From positions 1-47,181 of the forward strand of contig JACCSP010000201.1 in NCBI GenBank assembly GCA_013812905.1: a stretch of 47,181 nt of DNA. Reading direction: 5' to 3'. Source of the stretch: Pyrinomonadaceae bacterium (lineage in GTDB: Bacteria > Acidobacteriota > Blastocatellia > Pyrinomonadales > Pyrinomonadaceae). The translations under genes were made by a program, and so were the position numbers. The notes beneath the pieces are model-generated. The model did not search any database, had not been told where the DNA came from, and saw nothing but the letters and a program-made list of their open reading frames with translations. How positions within the stretch are numbered: position 1 is the stretch's first letter; the number at the start of each line of letters is the position of its first letter. Shown in pieces: positions 19,306 through 30,400 of this stretch.

Positions 19306-19455
19306 GCAATTCATGAAAAGCGTGTTGGAGAGCAAGAAGTTCCTGGTGGAGGTGAAAACGATGTAGCCGGTAGCAGGAGGCAGAGGCGGGAGACGGTCAG
19401 CAATAGGTTAGGCAGTTAAGCTCTGCGGAGGTGGCGGCAATTTGGCAATGAACCA

Positions 19456-20022
19456 ATGCTGTTAGTTATCGACAACTACGACTCGTTTACGTATAACCTA
19501 GTCCAGTATCTTGGTGAGCTCGGCGAAACAGTTGAAGTGCGTCGCAACGATGAGGTGACTATTGAGGAGATTGCCTCAAGTTTGCGCCCCAGCCGCATCG
19601 TAATATCGCCTGGTCCGGGCACTCCCAATGATGCCGGGTTGTCGTTAGAAGTAATAAGACGCTTTGCCGGGCAGGTGCCCATTCTCGGAGTCTGTCTGGG
19701 CCATCAGGCGATTGGACAGGCATTTGGCGGCAAGGTTGTGTCAGCACCAGTATTGATGCATGGCAAGGCTTCGGAGATTTCTCACGACGGCAAGACTATC
19801 TTCCGCGGACTTGAAGATCACTTCCGGGCCGGGCGTTATCATTCGCTGATGGTAGAGAAGGCATCCCTTCCGGAATGCCTGGAAATCTCCGCCTTTACGT
19901 TAGACGACGTGATCATGGGTTTGCGCCATCGCGAAATGCAGATTGAGGGTGTGCAGTTTCACCCGGAATCAATTCTGACCAATTGCGGCAAGCAAATGTT
20001 AGCGAATTTCCTCAAACTGTAA
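19456..20022 (+). CDS. trpG: Anthranilate synthase component II (glutamine amidotransferase)
   Basis: [40 protein letters not shown]. Confidence 0.93.
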   Translation: MLLVIDNYDSFTYNLVQYLGELGETVEVRRNDEVTIEEIASSLRPSRIVISPGPGTPNDAGLSLEVIRRFAGQVPILGVCLGHQAIGQAFGGKVVSAPVLMHGKASEISHDGKTIFRGLEDHFRAGRYHSLMVEKASLPECLEISAFTLDDVIMGLRHREMQIEGVQFHPESILTNCGKQMLANFLKL

Positions 20023-20031
20023 CCTCACGAT

Positions 20032-21102
20032 ATGAGTGAAAACGCATTGCGTGATTTTCTTGTGCGCCTTGTTCGTCGCGAAGCGCTTAGTCGCGAAGAC
20101 GCTGAGGTCTTGCTCGACGCTATGCTGGACCAAGATGCAACGGATGCCCAAATTGCCGCGGTTCTGGTTGCATTAGCGGCCAAGGGTGAGACCGTTGAGG
20201 AGTTGGCGGGCATGGCCGCCGGGTTACGCAGGCGCGCAGTTCGCATCAGGTGCCAACACGCGTGCTTTATTGATACTGCCGGAACGGGTTCAAGTCTTGC
20301 TAAGACATTTAACATCTCCACGGCAGCGGCTTTTGTGATTGCCGGCGCCGGGCTTCCCGTGGCGAAGCACGGCAATCGGGCGGCGAGCAGCCGGTCCGGG
20401 AGCGCTGATCTACTTTCCGCGCTGGGCGTCAATGTTAATGCCTCTCCGGAAGTTTCGCAGCAGTGCCTGAACGAAATCGACATCTGTTTCATGTTTGCCC
20501 CGCTCTATCACGTCGCCACCGCGCGGGTTGCTTCGATTCGTCGACAACTGGGGATTCATACGACCTTCAATTTATTGGGGCCCCTCAGCAATCCAGCCGG
20601 CGCACCCAGACAGATTGTCGGAGTTTGGAATCCGGATCTCGTTGAGCGAATGGCGGAGGTGCTAGCCGCCTCGGGCACCGAACGGGCCTGGGTTGTGCAC
20701 GGCGAGGACGGATTGGACGAGATAACTTTGGCGACTAAAACGCTCGTGGCGGAGGTAAAAGGCGAGAACGTCACCTGCTTCGAAGTGGAACCGAAGACCT
20801 TCGGGCTCTGGCGCGGAAGTTTAGAACATCTGCGGGGGGGCGACGCGGAAGCCAATGGTAGAATTATTCGTGAAGTACTATCTGGAAAACGTCGAGATGA
20901 AGCGCGTGCGCTGATAATAGCTAATGCCGCGGCGGCGCTTTTTGTAGGCGGTATCAGCAACGATTTGCGGGTGGCCGCAAACGCCGCGGAGGACAGCATT
21001 GATAGTGGAGCGGCTTGGACGAAACTGGAGCAGTTGATCGAAAGAACAAACCCGAGTGCTCAGGGCCCCAGCCCTCTTGGTGTGAAGGATGCTGGTGCGT
21101 AA
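20032..21102 (+). CDS. trpD: Anthranilate phosphoribosyltransferase
   Basis: DTAGTG, TFNISTAAA, AKHGNRAASSRSGSAD, FNLLGPLSNP, HGEDGLDEI. Confidence 0.95.
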   Translation: MSENALRDFLVRLVRREALSREDAEVLLDAMLDQDATDAQIAAVLVALAAKGETVEELAGMAAGLRRRAVRIRCQHACFIDTAGTGSSLAKTFNISTAAAFVIAGAGLPVAKHGNRAASSRSGSADLLSALGVNVNASPEVSQQCLNEIDICFMFAPLYHVATARVASIRRQLGIHTTFNLLGPLSNPAGAPRQIVGVWNPDLVERMAEVLAASGTERAWVVHGEDGLDEITLATKTLVAEVKGENVTCFEVEPKTFGLWRGSLEHLRGGDAEANGRIIREVLSGKRRDEARALIIANAAAALFVGGISNDLRVAANAAEDSIDSGAAWTKLEQLIERTNPSAQGPSPLGVKDAGA

Positions 21103-21165
21103 CGGAATGGCGAGCTTTTTCTGCGGCGGGCCATAGCATATGGCGTAGATAGAAAGTGCTACTTA

Positions 21166-21972
21166 ATGGACATCCTAAGTGAAATCATTGCTAGTAAGAA
21201 GAAGAGAATTTCAAACCAGGGGTACCGTCCGCTTGCGCGAATGCGCGAGCACGCGCGGGCAGTCAGGTCTACGGCGGAGGGCCATGCCTTAGTGAAGGCG
21301 TTGTCTAATGAACGCATCAACGTTATTGCCGAGTTCAAACGAAGGTCTCCGTCAAAGGGTGTTATTCGCGATGATGTAAGCCCTGAGTCGATGGCGCGTT
21401 ATTACGAGTCAGGGGGCGCTGCAGCAATCTCGGTGCTTACGGAGGAGGACTATTTCGGCGGTTCGCTTCAGGACTTGAAAGCTGTCCGAGCGGCAGTTTC
21501 CCTCCCAGTGCTGCGAAAGGATTTCATCTTTGACGAGTATCAAGTATATGAGACAGCCGCTGGCGGGGCCGACGCGCTACTGCTGATTGTGTCGGTCTTG
21601 GACGATGAAGCATTGGTCTCGCTGCGTGAGCTTGCTGAAGATGAGCTAGAAATGGTTGCTCTGGTTGAGGTGCATACGAAGGCCGAGATGCAGCGGGCAA
21701 TAGCCAGCGGCGCCAGGTTCATTGGCGTGAACAATCGCGACCTCAAAACATTCTCAGTCTCGGTGGAAACTTCAGTAGAGCTCGCCCGGGAAGCGCCCGC
21801 CGACGGGATGCTGGTTTCTGAAAGTGGCATAAATTCGGCTCATGACCTGCGGCGGCTGCAGAGCATGGGATATCAGGGTTTTCTGATAGGCGAATCTTTA
21901 ATGCGCTCGCCCCGACCCAATGAAGCCTTGCTCACTTTGATCCGCGAGGCAGAAACGGCGGCGACGGGATGA
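21166..21972 (+). CDS. trpC: Indole-3-glycerol phosphate synthase
   Basis: IAEFKRRSPSKG, ISVLTE, LRKDFI, LVEVH, IGVNNRDL, SESGI, LIGESLM. Confidence 0.95.
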   Translation: MDILSEIIASKKKRISNQGYRPLARMREHARAVRSTAEGHALVKALSNERINVIAEFKRRSPSKGVIRDDVSPESMARYYESGGAAAISVLTEEDYFGGSLQDLKAVRAAVSLPVLRKDFIFDEYQVYETAAGGADALLLIVSVLDDEALVSLRELAEDELEMVALVEVHTKAEMQRAIASGARFIGVNNRDLKTFSVSVETSVELAREAPADGMLVSESGINSAHDLRRLQSMGYQGFLIGESLMRSPRPNEALLTLIREAETAATG

Positions 21973-22039
21973 ACAGAAGAAAGAAGCGGGGTAGGAGGGG
22001 ACAGGGTAAACAGGTAAAAGGGAAGGAAATATCCAAGCA

Positions 22040-22259
22040 TTTTCCATTCCTCATTTGACGTTTTTTGATTGGTCTTTTTTTTCGCTGGTGGGCCATTACC
22101 ACCTGACGCTTAGGCCCTGATCATTTCGCGGTATTTCGTGGTACTTCGTGGATCGTTCGCTTGGCCAGAGATGAGAGCGATCCACGAAATCACACGAACT
22201 GACACGAACTGGAAGTCAACAATTCCGCGGATGAGAAATGAGAAATCAGAAATGGAAAA
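22040..22259. repeat. Nested composite repeat: heptamer inverted arms enclosing an ACGATCCACGAA-family palindrome
   Basis: Outer arms TTTTCCATTCCTCATTT and ATGAGAAATGAGAAATCAGAAATGGAAAA; inner arms TTTCGCGGTA TTTCGTGGTA CTTCGTGGATCG (22124-22155) and CGATCCACGAAATCACACGAACTGACACGAAC (22178-22209). Confidence 0.8.
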
Positions 22260-22267
22260 GTCTTTTT

Positions 22268-22888
22268 ATGGCGTTTGTCAAAATCTGCGGCATAACTAAT
22301 TTGGAAGACGCCCTCCTCTCGGTTGCGGCCGGCGCCGATGCGCTGGGATTCAATTTCTACCGCCCAAGTCCGCGTTACATCGAGCCATTTGCGGCGCGGG
22401 AGATCGTCGATCGCTTGCCGGGGAATGTTTTAACTGTTGGCGTCTTTGTAAATGAAGCGGTCCCCGAGACGGTGGAGAGAATTGCGTCCGACGCCGGTTT
22501 AGGCGCCGTGCAGTTGCATGGTGATGAAACGCCCGACTATTGCCGCGCGCTCCGAGGACGGTACGTCATCAAAGTTTTGACGGCCGACAATGACTTTGAA
22601 CCCCAGCGTGCCCTCGATTACGAGGTGCAGGCGATCATGATTGACACCTTTGACTCTCAGATGCGTGGTGCCACAGGTCGCGTAATGGATTGGTCTGTCG
22701 CTCGAAAGACCCGCGCGCTCGTACCGAGGTTCTTTCTTGCCGGTGGGCTTGCTGCTGAGAACGTGCGAGACGCTATAGCAGCGGTCGATCCTTACGGCGT
22801 CGACGCTTGCAGTAGACTGGAAATCAGTCCGGGGAAAAAAGTTCCGGAACGCGTGGAAGCATTCATAAAGGCGGCACGGGCTGGTTAA
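22268..22888 (+). CDS. trpF: Phosphoribosylanthranilate isomerase
   Basis: VKICGIT, GADALGFNFY..SPRY, VGVFVN, VQLHGDE, LAGGL, VDACS. Confidence 0.95.
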   Translation: MAFVKICGITNLEDALLSVAAGADALGFNFYRPSPRYIEPFAAREIVDRLPGNVLTVGVFVNEAVPETVERIASDAGLGAVQLHGDETPDYCRALRGRYVIKVLTADNDFEPQRALDYEVQAIMIDTFDSQMRGATGRVMDWSVARKTRALVPRFFLAGGLAAENVRDAIAAVDPYGVDACSRLEISPGKKVPERVEAFIKAARAG

Positions 22889-23026
22889 TTCCCGTTAGAT
22901 GTTGACGACCCTCACTAACCACGGGTTATCCTAACAAGCCCCCTACGTACTGTCGTCGAAGAATCTACCATTTCTCTCGACGTTCTTCCGCGAATAGCTT
23001 TCTCCTCACCTCATGCTGCTGATGTA

Positions 23027-23971
23027 ATGAAAGCGAAAACCCAGAAACAGAAGCCCGGCAACCTGGTTAAGCGTGAGCGGGGCCGCGTGCTGATTGTTAC
23101 CGATGAGCCCGACTCAGTGGACTCCGGGCCACTAACTTCCGTTGGACTGGAAATAGTCGGGGTGTGCCGCGGCTCCGCGGCTCTAGTGTCTCTGCATCGA
23201 TCCCGTCCGCACGTAGTTATCGCAAGCTCTGCGACCAAGGGAATGTCCACTGCTGAATTAGCGCGCACGTTAAGTCAAACGGAAGACGGCATACCTCTGG
23301 TTTTGGTGGGCGCCAAAGCATCGACACTGAACCGACGGCAGACAGCACTGTCAGTGGGTGCCTTTGATTACATTCAGCTTCCTGCCGAGATTGATCTGTT
23401 GGTTCTACGTGTCAGACAAATAATCGCTCTGAGACAGACGATGGATCGGCTTCGCTCCGAAGCGGATCTCGATCATTTGACAGGTTTGGCTAATCGACGC
23501 CGCTTCCGCGTTGCGCTCGATCGCGAGGTTGAAAGATGGCGGCGTTACGGTGTACCGTGCGCATTACTTCAGCTGGACATCGACCACATGAAGGAGGTCA
23601 ACGATCGTTTCGGACATCCGGTCGGAGACGCCGTCATACGTCATGTTGCGAACACGCTTTCCGCTGTCTCACGAGGTAACGACACCGCAGCGCGTTTGGG
23701 TGGTGAAGAATTTGCTCTGCTGCTTGCAAATCTTGGTGAAGAGAAGGCCACCGCGGCAGCGGAACGATTGCGCGTTCTTTTGGCTGAACAAAGCATTTCC
23801 GGCGTCGGAAATATTAGTGTCAGCATTGGTGTGGCGGCCTGTCCGGCCCACGCAACTTCGGAACGCGCTCTATATGCGGCCAGCGACTGGGCGCTATACG
23901 TCGCGAAGAATGAAGGACGCAATCGCATTGCCGTCGCGCCTTTGATGCAGGAAAAACTGCCCGGGGTGTGA
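23027..23971 (+). CDS. Diguanylate cyclase with N-terminal degenerate receiver domain
   Basis: DHLTGLANRR, DIDHMKEVNDRFGHPVGD, RxxD I-site (RGND) followed by GGEEF; REC-like N-terminus with GAFDYI. Confidence 0.88.
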   Translation: MKAKTQKQKPGNLVKRERGRVLIVTDEPDSVDSGPLTSVGLEIVGVCRGSAALVSLHRSRPHVVIASSATKGMSTAELARTLSQTEDGIPLVLVGAKASTLNRRQTALSVGAFDYIQLPAEIDLLVLRVRQIIALRQTMDRLRSEADLDHLTGLANRRRFRVALDREVERWRRYGVPCALLQLDIDHMKEVNDRFGHPVGDAVIRHVANTLSAVSRGNDTAARLGGEEFALLLANLGEEKATAAAERLRVLLAEQSISGVGNISVSIGVAACPAHATSERALYAASDWALYVAKNEGRNRIAVAPLMQEKLPGV

Positions 23972-24005
23972 TTCCCTCAAAGCGAATACCATAGGAGATT
24001 AAGCC

Positions 24006-26018
24006 ATGAAACGCTCTGCACAATCGTTGGCTCTCGGTTTTGGATTCTTGCTGATTGCCGGAGCCAGACCCGCCGCCTTGACGGCCCAGCAGAGTCGGGT
24101 CGCTGGTTGGACGCCTGAGTTGGCGATGAAGGTTAAGAGCATTGGTGCTGTCCGCGTGTCGCCGGATGGCCGGAAGGTCGTCTACACGGTTAGCCAGGCA
24201 GTCATGACGCCTGAGAAGAGTGAATACGTTACACAGATTTGGTTGGCCAACACCGACGGCAGTGATCCTCTGCAATTGACCTTCGCCGAAAAATCTTCGG
24301 ACAATCCACAGTGGTCGCCAGACGGCAAAATGATCGCATTTACGTCGAGCCGGAGCGGAAAAAGCAACCTGTACGCTCTCCGCTTGATGGGTGGTGAAGC
24401 CGAGCAGACAACGGACGTCAAAACGGCAGTCGGGAACTTCGCCTGGTCGCCTAACGGAAGGCAGATCTCCTTCCTTATGCGCGATTCCCAAAGCGAAGAC
24501 GAGGAGAAGGGCGCAAAAGGCAAGGACGATTCACGTTGGGTTGATGAGAACATCAAGATGAATCGCCTGCATGTGATAAATATCGACAAAGATGCCAACG
24601 GTAAACGAGAGCCGCGCAAACTAACGGGTGACTACAACGTCGATGCTGACTTCGACTGGGCACCCGATGGCAAAACAATCGCTTTTGCTCGCACAAAGAT
24701 GCCCAAAGCGGACTATTGGACCACGGGTGATCTGATGGCCGTGGATGTGCGAAGCGGAGAGGTGAAAACGATCGCCGCCACCAACGCTGCCGAATCAGGC
24801 CCCAAATATTCACCTGATGGAAAGTCGCTTCTGTTCGTGGTTTCAGATGATCCGCCCCGTTGGGCGGGCTACCGGCGCATGGCGGTTACTTCCACAGGCG
24901 GCGGTCCTGTGAAGCTGCTGGCTGAAACTTTCGACGCCCAACCTAACGTCATCGACTGGTCAGCTGATGGCAAGAAGATTTACTTTGGCGAGACTCGAGG
25001 CACCTCCTCGCGGATCTATTCGCTGGACGTCAATTCGAATGCGATTACCGAGCTCAACAAGGGCCCCGAAGTAATCAGTGGGCCCTCGCTTAACCGCTCG
25101 CAGACAACATTGGGTTTCACCTTGCAGAGCAACGATAAGGCCCCTGAGGCCTATGTCAGTCGGATTTCCACTTTCTCCCCGGTCCAGGTGAGCCGGGCCA
25201 ATGTGGATCTGCCAAAGTTGCCGGTCGGTAAGACTGAGGTTATCAAATGGAAGAGCTCCGACGGGCTGGAGGTTGAAGGACTCCTGACCTACCCGGTCAA
25301 TTATAAGGCAGGCAAACGAGTGCCGCTGCTTCTCATAATCCACGGCGGACCAGCCGGAGTATTTACTCAATCGTTTCTGGCGGGGAGCCGTGGTGTGTAT
25401 CCCACTGCGACTTTCACCGCGCGTGGCTATGCAATGCTTCGCGTGAACCCGCGCGGCTCGTCCGGTTACGGGCAGAAGTTTCGGTTCGCAAACATCAAAG
25501 ATTGGGGCGGAGGCGATTACCAGGACCTGATGACGGGGGTCGATGAAGTAATACGAATGGGCGTTGCCAATCCCGATCGTTTAGGCGTGATGGGATGGAG
25601 CTACGGTGGTTTTATGACTTCGTGGATCGTTACGCAAACGAACCGCTTCAAAGCCGCCTCGGTCGGGGCGGGTGTGACAAACTTGATGAGTTTTATCGGG
25701 ACGGCTGACATCCCCAGCTTCATCCCGGATTACTTTGGCGAACAGCCCTGGGAGAATCTGGAGATTTATAGATCGCACTCAGCGATGTTCCACATGAAAG
25801 GAGTCGTCACCCCCACTCTCGTTCAGCATGGCGAAGCTGACGAGCGCGTACCGATCTCCCAAGGCTATGAGTTCTACAACGCACTTAAAGTGCGAAACGT
25901 GCCCACCAGGATGATCGTGCTGCCGCGCATGCCTCACGGTCCGAACGAACCTAAGATGGTGCTCAAGGCGAAGCAAACTAATCTCGAGTGGTTTGAAAGG
26001 TACCTCGGGACAAATTAA
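24006..26018 (+). CDS. Secreted S9 family (acylaminoacyl/dipeptidyl) peptidase
   Basis: Signal peptide, WSPDG propeller repeats, HGGP, NPRGSSGYG, GWSYGG nucleophile, HGEADERVP, late His (MPHG); AGGAG RBS. Confidence 0.92.
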   Translation: MKRSAQSLALGFGFLLIAGARPAALTAQQSRVAGWTPELAMKVKSIGAVRVSPDGRKVVYTVSQAVMTPEKSEYVTQIWLANTDGSDPLQLTFAEKSSDNPQWSPDGKMIAFTSSRSGKSNLYALRLMGGEAEQTTDVKTAVGNFAWSPNGRQISFLMRDSQSEDEEKGAKGKDDSRWVDENIKMNRLHVINIDKDANGKREPRKLTGDYNVDADFDWAPDGKTIAFARTKMPKADYWTTGDLMAVDVRSGEVKTIAATNAAESGPKYSPDGKSLLFVVSDDPPRWAGYRRMAVTSTGGGPVKLLAETFDAQPNVIDWSADGKKIYFGETRGTSSRIYSLDVNSNAITELNKGPEVISGPSLNRSQTTLGFTLQSNDKAPEAYVSRISTFSPVQVSRANVDLPKLPVGKTEVIKWKSSDGLEVEGLLTYPVNYKAGKRVPLLLIIHGGPAGVFTQSFLAGSRGVYPTATFTARGYAMLRVNPRGSSGYGQKFRFANIKDWGGGDYQDLMTGVDEVIRMGVANPDRLGVMGWSYGGFMTSWIVTQTNRFKAASVGAGVTNLMSFIGTADIPSFIPDYFGEQPWENLEIYRSHSAMFHMKGVVTPTLVQHGEADERVPISQGYEFYNALKVRNVPTRMIVLPRMPHGPNEPKMVLKAKQTNLEWFERYLGTN

Positions 26019-26074
26019 GGTAAAATCTATACTTGTTGATTTCTCTCCTTTCCTAGGGTGCGGGAAAATTTAGA

Positions 26075-26145
26075 ACGAAGCACGAAATCACTCAAAGGGT
26101 CATGAAAAGAGCCCTCAGTTCCAGTCATTTCGTTCGGTTTCGTGG
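26075..26145. repeat. Degenerate ACGATCCACGAA-family palindrome upstream of trpB
   Basis: ACGAAGCACGAAATCAC (26075-26091) paired with TTTCGTTCGGTTTCGTG (26128-26144). Confidence 0.55.
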
Positions 26146-26189
26146 GCTGTGTCTTTTCCTCGACAAGAACAAGAAGCACTTTTTTAGTA

Positions 26190-27386
26190 GTGGAAATAGA
26201 AAACTCACAACCCGATGAAGGTGGCCACTGGGGTCCGTATGGGGGACGTTTTGTGCCGGAAACCCTCGTAGCCCCTCTGGAAGAGCTGACGGCAGCTTAC
26301 CTGGTTGCGCATGAGGATGATGCTTTCCAGGCAGAGTACCGAACCCTCCTCGCAAACTACTCAGGACGGCCCACACCTTTGTTTCATGCACAGCGTTTGA
26401 CGGAATACGCTGGCGGCGCTCAGATCTATCTCAAACGCGAGGACCTTTCGCACACCGGATCTCATAAAATCAATAACGCTCTCGGCCAGATACTGCTTGC
26501 GCGACGCATGGGTAAACGGCGGGTGATCGCCGAAACGGGCGCGGGGCAGCACGGCGTTGCGACGGCCACTGTGTGCGCATTGTTTGGTCTTTATTGCGTG
26601 GTTTACATGGGTGCCGAGGATATGCGGCGGCAGGCCTTAAATGTCTTTCGCATGGAGTTGTTAGGAGCAGAAGTACGAGAAGTTGATGCCGGCTCGCGAA
26701 CGCTGAAAGACGCAATCAACGAAGCTTTGCGTGATTGGGTTACCAACGTTTCCGACACTTACTATCTGCTCGGCAGCGCGCTCGAACCTCATCCGTATCC
26801 GCTGATGGTTCGTGAATTCCAATCCGTGATAGGGCGCGAAGCTCGTGCGCAGGTTATGAGTCAGACCGGACGGTTACCAGATTTATTGATTGCCTGCGTC
26901 GGGGGCGGATCTAATTCGATCGGCCTCTTTCATCCTTTTCTCGATGACAAAGTCCGCATGATCGGTGTTGAAGCCGGAGGACGCGGCAATGAGCTGGGGC
27001 AGCACGCCGCGCGTTTCAACCAGCTTGGCGGTGGTCGACCAGGGGTTTTGCAGGGCACGCTTAGTTATGTTTTGCAAGACCAGGGAGGGCAGATTGCTTG
27101 TACGCATTCTATTTCTGCGGGACTTGACTATCCCTCGATAGGACCAGAACACGCCTTTCTGCATGACTCCGGCAGGGTTGAATATGTTTGCGCGTCGGAT
27201 GGCGAGGCCCTCGAAGCCTTTCAGGCCCTTTCTAAGTTAGAAGGCATTATTCCCGCACTCGAATCGGCGCATGCGGTCGCTCATGCAATCAAAGTCGCGC
27301 GAGAAATGTCGCCTGATGAAATAATCATTATCAATCTCTCGGGCCGCGGGGATAAAGATATTGATACTGTCAGCAACCTTCTTTAG
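26190..27386 (+). CDS. trpB: Tryptophan synthase beta chain (TrpB1 type)
   Basis: [72 protein letters not shown]; likely start GTG 26190. Confidence 0.95.
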   Translation: MEIENSQPDEGGHWGPYGGRFVPETLVAPLEELTAAYLVAHEDDAFQAEYRTLLANYSGRPTPLFHAQRLTEYAGGAQIYLKREDLSHTGSHKINNALGQILLARRMGKRRVIAETGAGQHGVATATVCALFGLYCVVYMGAEDMRRQALNVFRMELLGAEVREVDAGSRTLKDAINEALRDWVTNVSDTYYLLGSALEPHPYPLMVREFQSVIGREARAQVMSQTGRLPDLLIACVGGGSNSIGLFHPFLDDKVRMIGVEAGGRGNELGQHAARFNQLGGGRPGVLQGTLSYVLQDQGGQIACTHSISAGLDYPSIGPEHAFLHDSGRVEYVCASDGEALEAFQALSKLEGIIPALESAHAVAHAIKVAREMSPDEIIIINLSGRGDKDIDTVSNLL

Positions 27387-27496
27387 GCGGACGTTTAGAG
27401 ACTTTTATTACTTACTCCGGTTTTGCAGCCAAAATGTAAGTAAAGCCTCCAGAAATGCGTTTTCGTTCGGCCAGAACGATTCAGTAACGCTTCTCT

Positions 27497-30400
27497 TCAT
27501 CGTTTGGCGACGATTAACGGCCGTTCTCCTAATTCGCGGCGGTAAAAGACACGCGGTGTCTGGGTGACGCGCTGCTCAAAGCCTAGACCGCGATCTTCGC
27601 CTTCGATGAACGAGAGATTGAGGCCAGCATCACGCGCCTGTTTCATCTTATGGATTTGCATGCTAGGCACGCGCGAGCTCGCGTAGTCGAACCATTCGCG
27701 CACCCACACCTCGCCGTCTTTCGGATCACTATCCGCCGTGGCCTGCTTCAGACCTTCCTCGACGAGCGCGTAGGTCAATAGCCCGTGCCCCAGTTGTGAT
27801 GCCTCCTGCGCCGCCTGATAGCTTTGCGACGCCGTCAGGATGTACATTCCTTTCTCGTAAGCGAGTTGTGCCAAACCCTTTGAGTTCATCGGACCGCGCC
27901 GCTTCTCCTCAGCTTCGAGTGCCTGCCCGGAATTACAAGCGTCGATGACCATCAGCAATTTGTCAGCATCGATTCCTTCAACAGCCCGCTCCAATTCTTC
28001 ATCCGAGATGCTGTGTTCGAGAATGACTTGCAAACCTGCTGCGTCAAGCCCAGTCCGCTCCCCCGCGTAGCCCAAGTCGTGCGGCAATAAGTAAAACCGA
28101 TGCCCCTGAGCGGTTCCGTGCCCTGCAAAATAGATGAAGACCGCATCTTCCGGCTGCGTGGCTTTCAGCTTTTCAAGTGCCGCGGGCGTACCGGCAGGCC
28201 CAGTCTCCTGGATTCCGGCGAGCCGTTTTAATGCGCTTAGAATGTTTGCCTTCGTGGCCTGCTCGTTCAGCAGAGGTGCGACTTCAATGCGCTCGTAGTT
28301 CGCGATCTGCTGCTGTTCGCGCCGCACTTCTTCGCCAAACGCTTCGGCGTCCGCGACGGCATACCTGAGATTGTATTGCGGATTAGAATAGGAGTTGACC
28401 CCGATGGCCAGAACATAAGCGGTCCCAGGGCGCTTGAGGCTGCCGGCGCCTGTGAGACGCAGCGTAACATCTTTACTCTTGACGTTATCACGATTGAAGG
28501 CGTAAGCCGTCAATCGGTTCTCGCCGGACACAACTGTTATGTTGGCTGCCAGGGTGGTCGCGGTTTCCCCTTTCAACACGTCGCCGCGCCAAACTTTTAC
28601 GAGCGAATCGTTGCGAAATAGACGCACATCGCGCGCCCCGCTCCCCGCATTGTGATCTTTGTCGGCTGGCTTTTCAGCTACTTCAAGCTTCACCGTCAGG
28701 TTGCGTTCTGTCGTACTTGCGGCACCAACTTGTCCGTTCTGAGTTATCAATTTTAGTTCGGGTTGGCGGCGGTCAAGCTGAGCTATATTCTTTGGCGCGC
28801 GAGGCTTTTTGCCGGCCATCACCTCCGCCAGCAGTCCGGGATAGTAAAACTCGTTGAAGAAAGTTTCTGCAGGCGTGACATCAAATGTGTTGCCGCCGAA
28901 CTGCCAAAGAATTTGCTTCCATGCAGCGGGTGAGCCGTCGAATAAGCCATCAGGAGTAACGACTAACCAATCGCTGCCGCGGCTGCTGAATGCACCGCTC
29001 AGATTTACGAGGGTCGCGAGCTTTTCGCCCGACGAGGAGTCCCAAATGTACTTATCGTTGTTTTCTCCGAGGGCTACAAGAAAACGCCCGTCAGGACTGA
29101 AGGTCAGAGAGGCTACGCGTTCCGCGTGCGGCAAGGTACGCAGTGTCCTGCCCGAGGCTACTTCAAATATATCGATCTTAGTGGCGTATCCTGCGGCCAG
29201 TAGGCGCGCGTCGGCGCTTATGCAAAGAGTCGTCACCGCTCCGCTCTGTTCGTCATCATTGATCTGAAAACTGTTGACCCTGCGCCCTTTTTCCGTCTCG
29301 TAAATGAGAACGGAACGCTCCTTCTTCTCGAAGCCCGTCATCGCGACGAGTTTGCCGTCGAAGCTAAAACCCGCCGCCGGAACGATGCCCGTGTTGGGTG
29401 CCTTGCCCCCATCCAACGTTCGCAGATGTTTGTCGGATTTTCCGTCGTAAAGGTCGACTTTCTGTTTGTAAACGTTATCCCAGTCATCACTCCAAAGATT
29501 TAGAATGTCGCCGGCGGATAGGTCGTAGGCGTCCTTCATCGGGAAGAAAGGGGCTGCTCTGAAGCGTCCGTCGGGACTAAAGCGAGGCTTGCCGCGGTCC
29601 CGAAGCGCCGCGTCGTCGTTAGCACGCGCGAGCGTTCCCGCCGTTGCGTCCCACACCTCCGTTACCAGGTTTTTCATAAGCACTTGGCTCGAAATCAGGA
29701 AGCGACCGTCGGGGCTAAAACTTACGGCACCGCCAGCTTGAAGCTTTTCGCTAGAAATATTTCCGATGGCTTCGACGGCCTCGATGATCTGTTCGGGCGT
29801 CGTGATATCCCGTTTTTGAAGTGTGGCCATCATCTTAGGATCGATGGCCTTGATGAAGGCGGCCTGCTCGACTCGCGTCCGTTCGTCCGTCGTTCCGGTT
29901 TGCAGAGTGCGGGATTCGCTCCCCGTCGCGGACTCGATGATTCTGACCGCTTTGGCGCCCGCCGCGACCGTGGCAATCAGGCTGCCGTCGCGACTGAAGC
30001 TAACCACTCGGGCACCTACCAGCGCATCTCCGCCCGTTTTTAGCTCACGTATCGCTTGACCCGTCGTCGCGTCCCACAACTTCGTAGCGGCGCCCGCGCC
30101 TTTGTCGGTCGCCGTAACGAAGAATCGTCCGTCAGAACTGAATTGCACGCGCTGGGGCGATTTGCTGAATCCCGTATTGACATTGTAAAGCTCGCGACCC
30201 GTGACCGCCTCTTGGACGCTGACCGTGTCGCTTGTTTTGGCGAAGGCTAGGAGGCGCGCATCCGCGCTGAAGGCGAGGCTCGAATTTTCCCCCTCGGGGA
30301 TTGCCTTGAATGCCAGTTCCCGCACCTCTCGCCCGCTTTGAGCGTCATAAATTTTTACTGCTTTGTCAGGTTGTCCGACGGCGGCGAATTGCCCGTTTGA

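Noticed and set aside
19302..19355. Trp-rich frame upstream of trpG (MSNS*KACWRARSSWWR*) suggesting an attenuator leader
   Set aside because: An in-frame TGA at 19314 separates the ATG from the Trp codons, no other start is in frame, and I see no terminator/antiterminator with a U-tract.
20833..20840. G homopolymer in trpD as a phase-variable tract
   Set aside because: The tract is short, in frame and encodes the ordinary RGGD segment.
22124..22209. Possible mini-CRISPR array
   Set aside because: The repeats are about 10-nt tandem units in inverted arms without unique spacers, and there are no cas genes.
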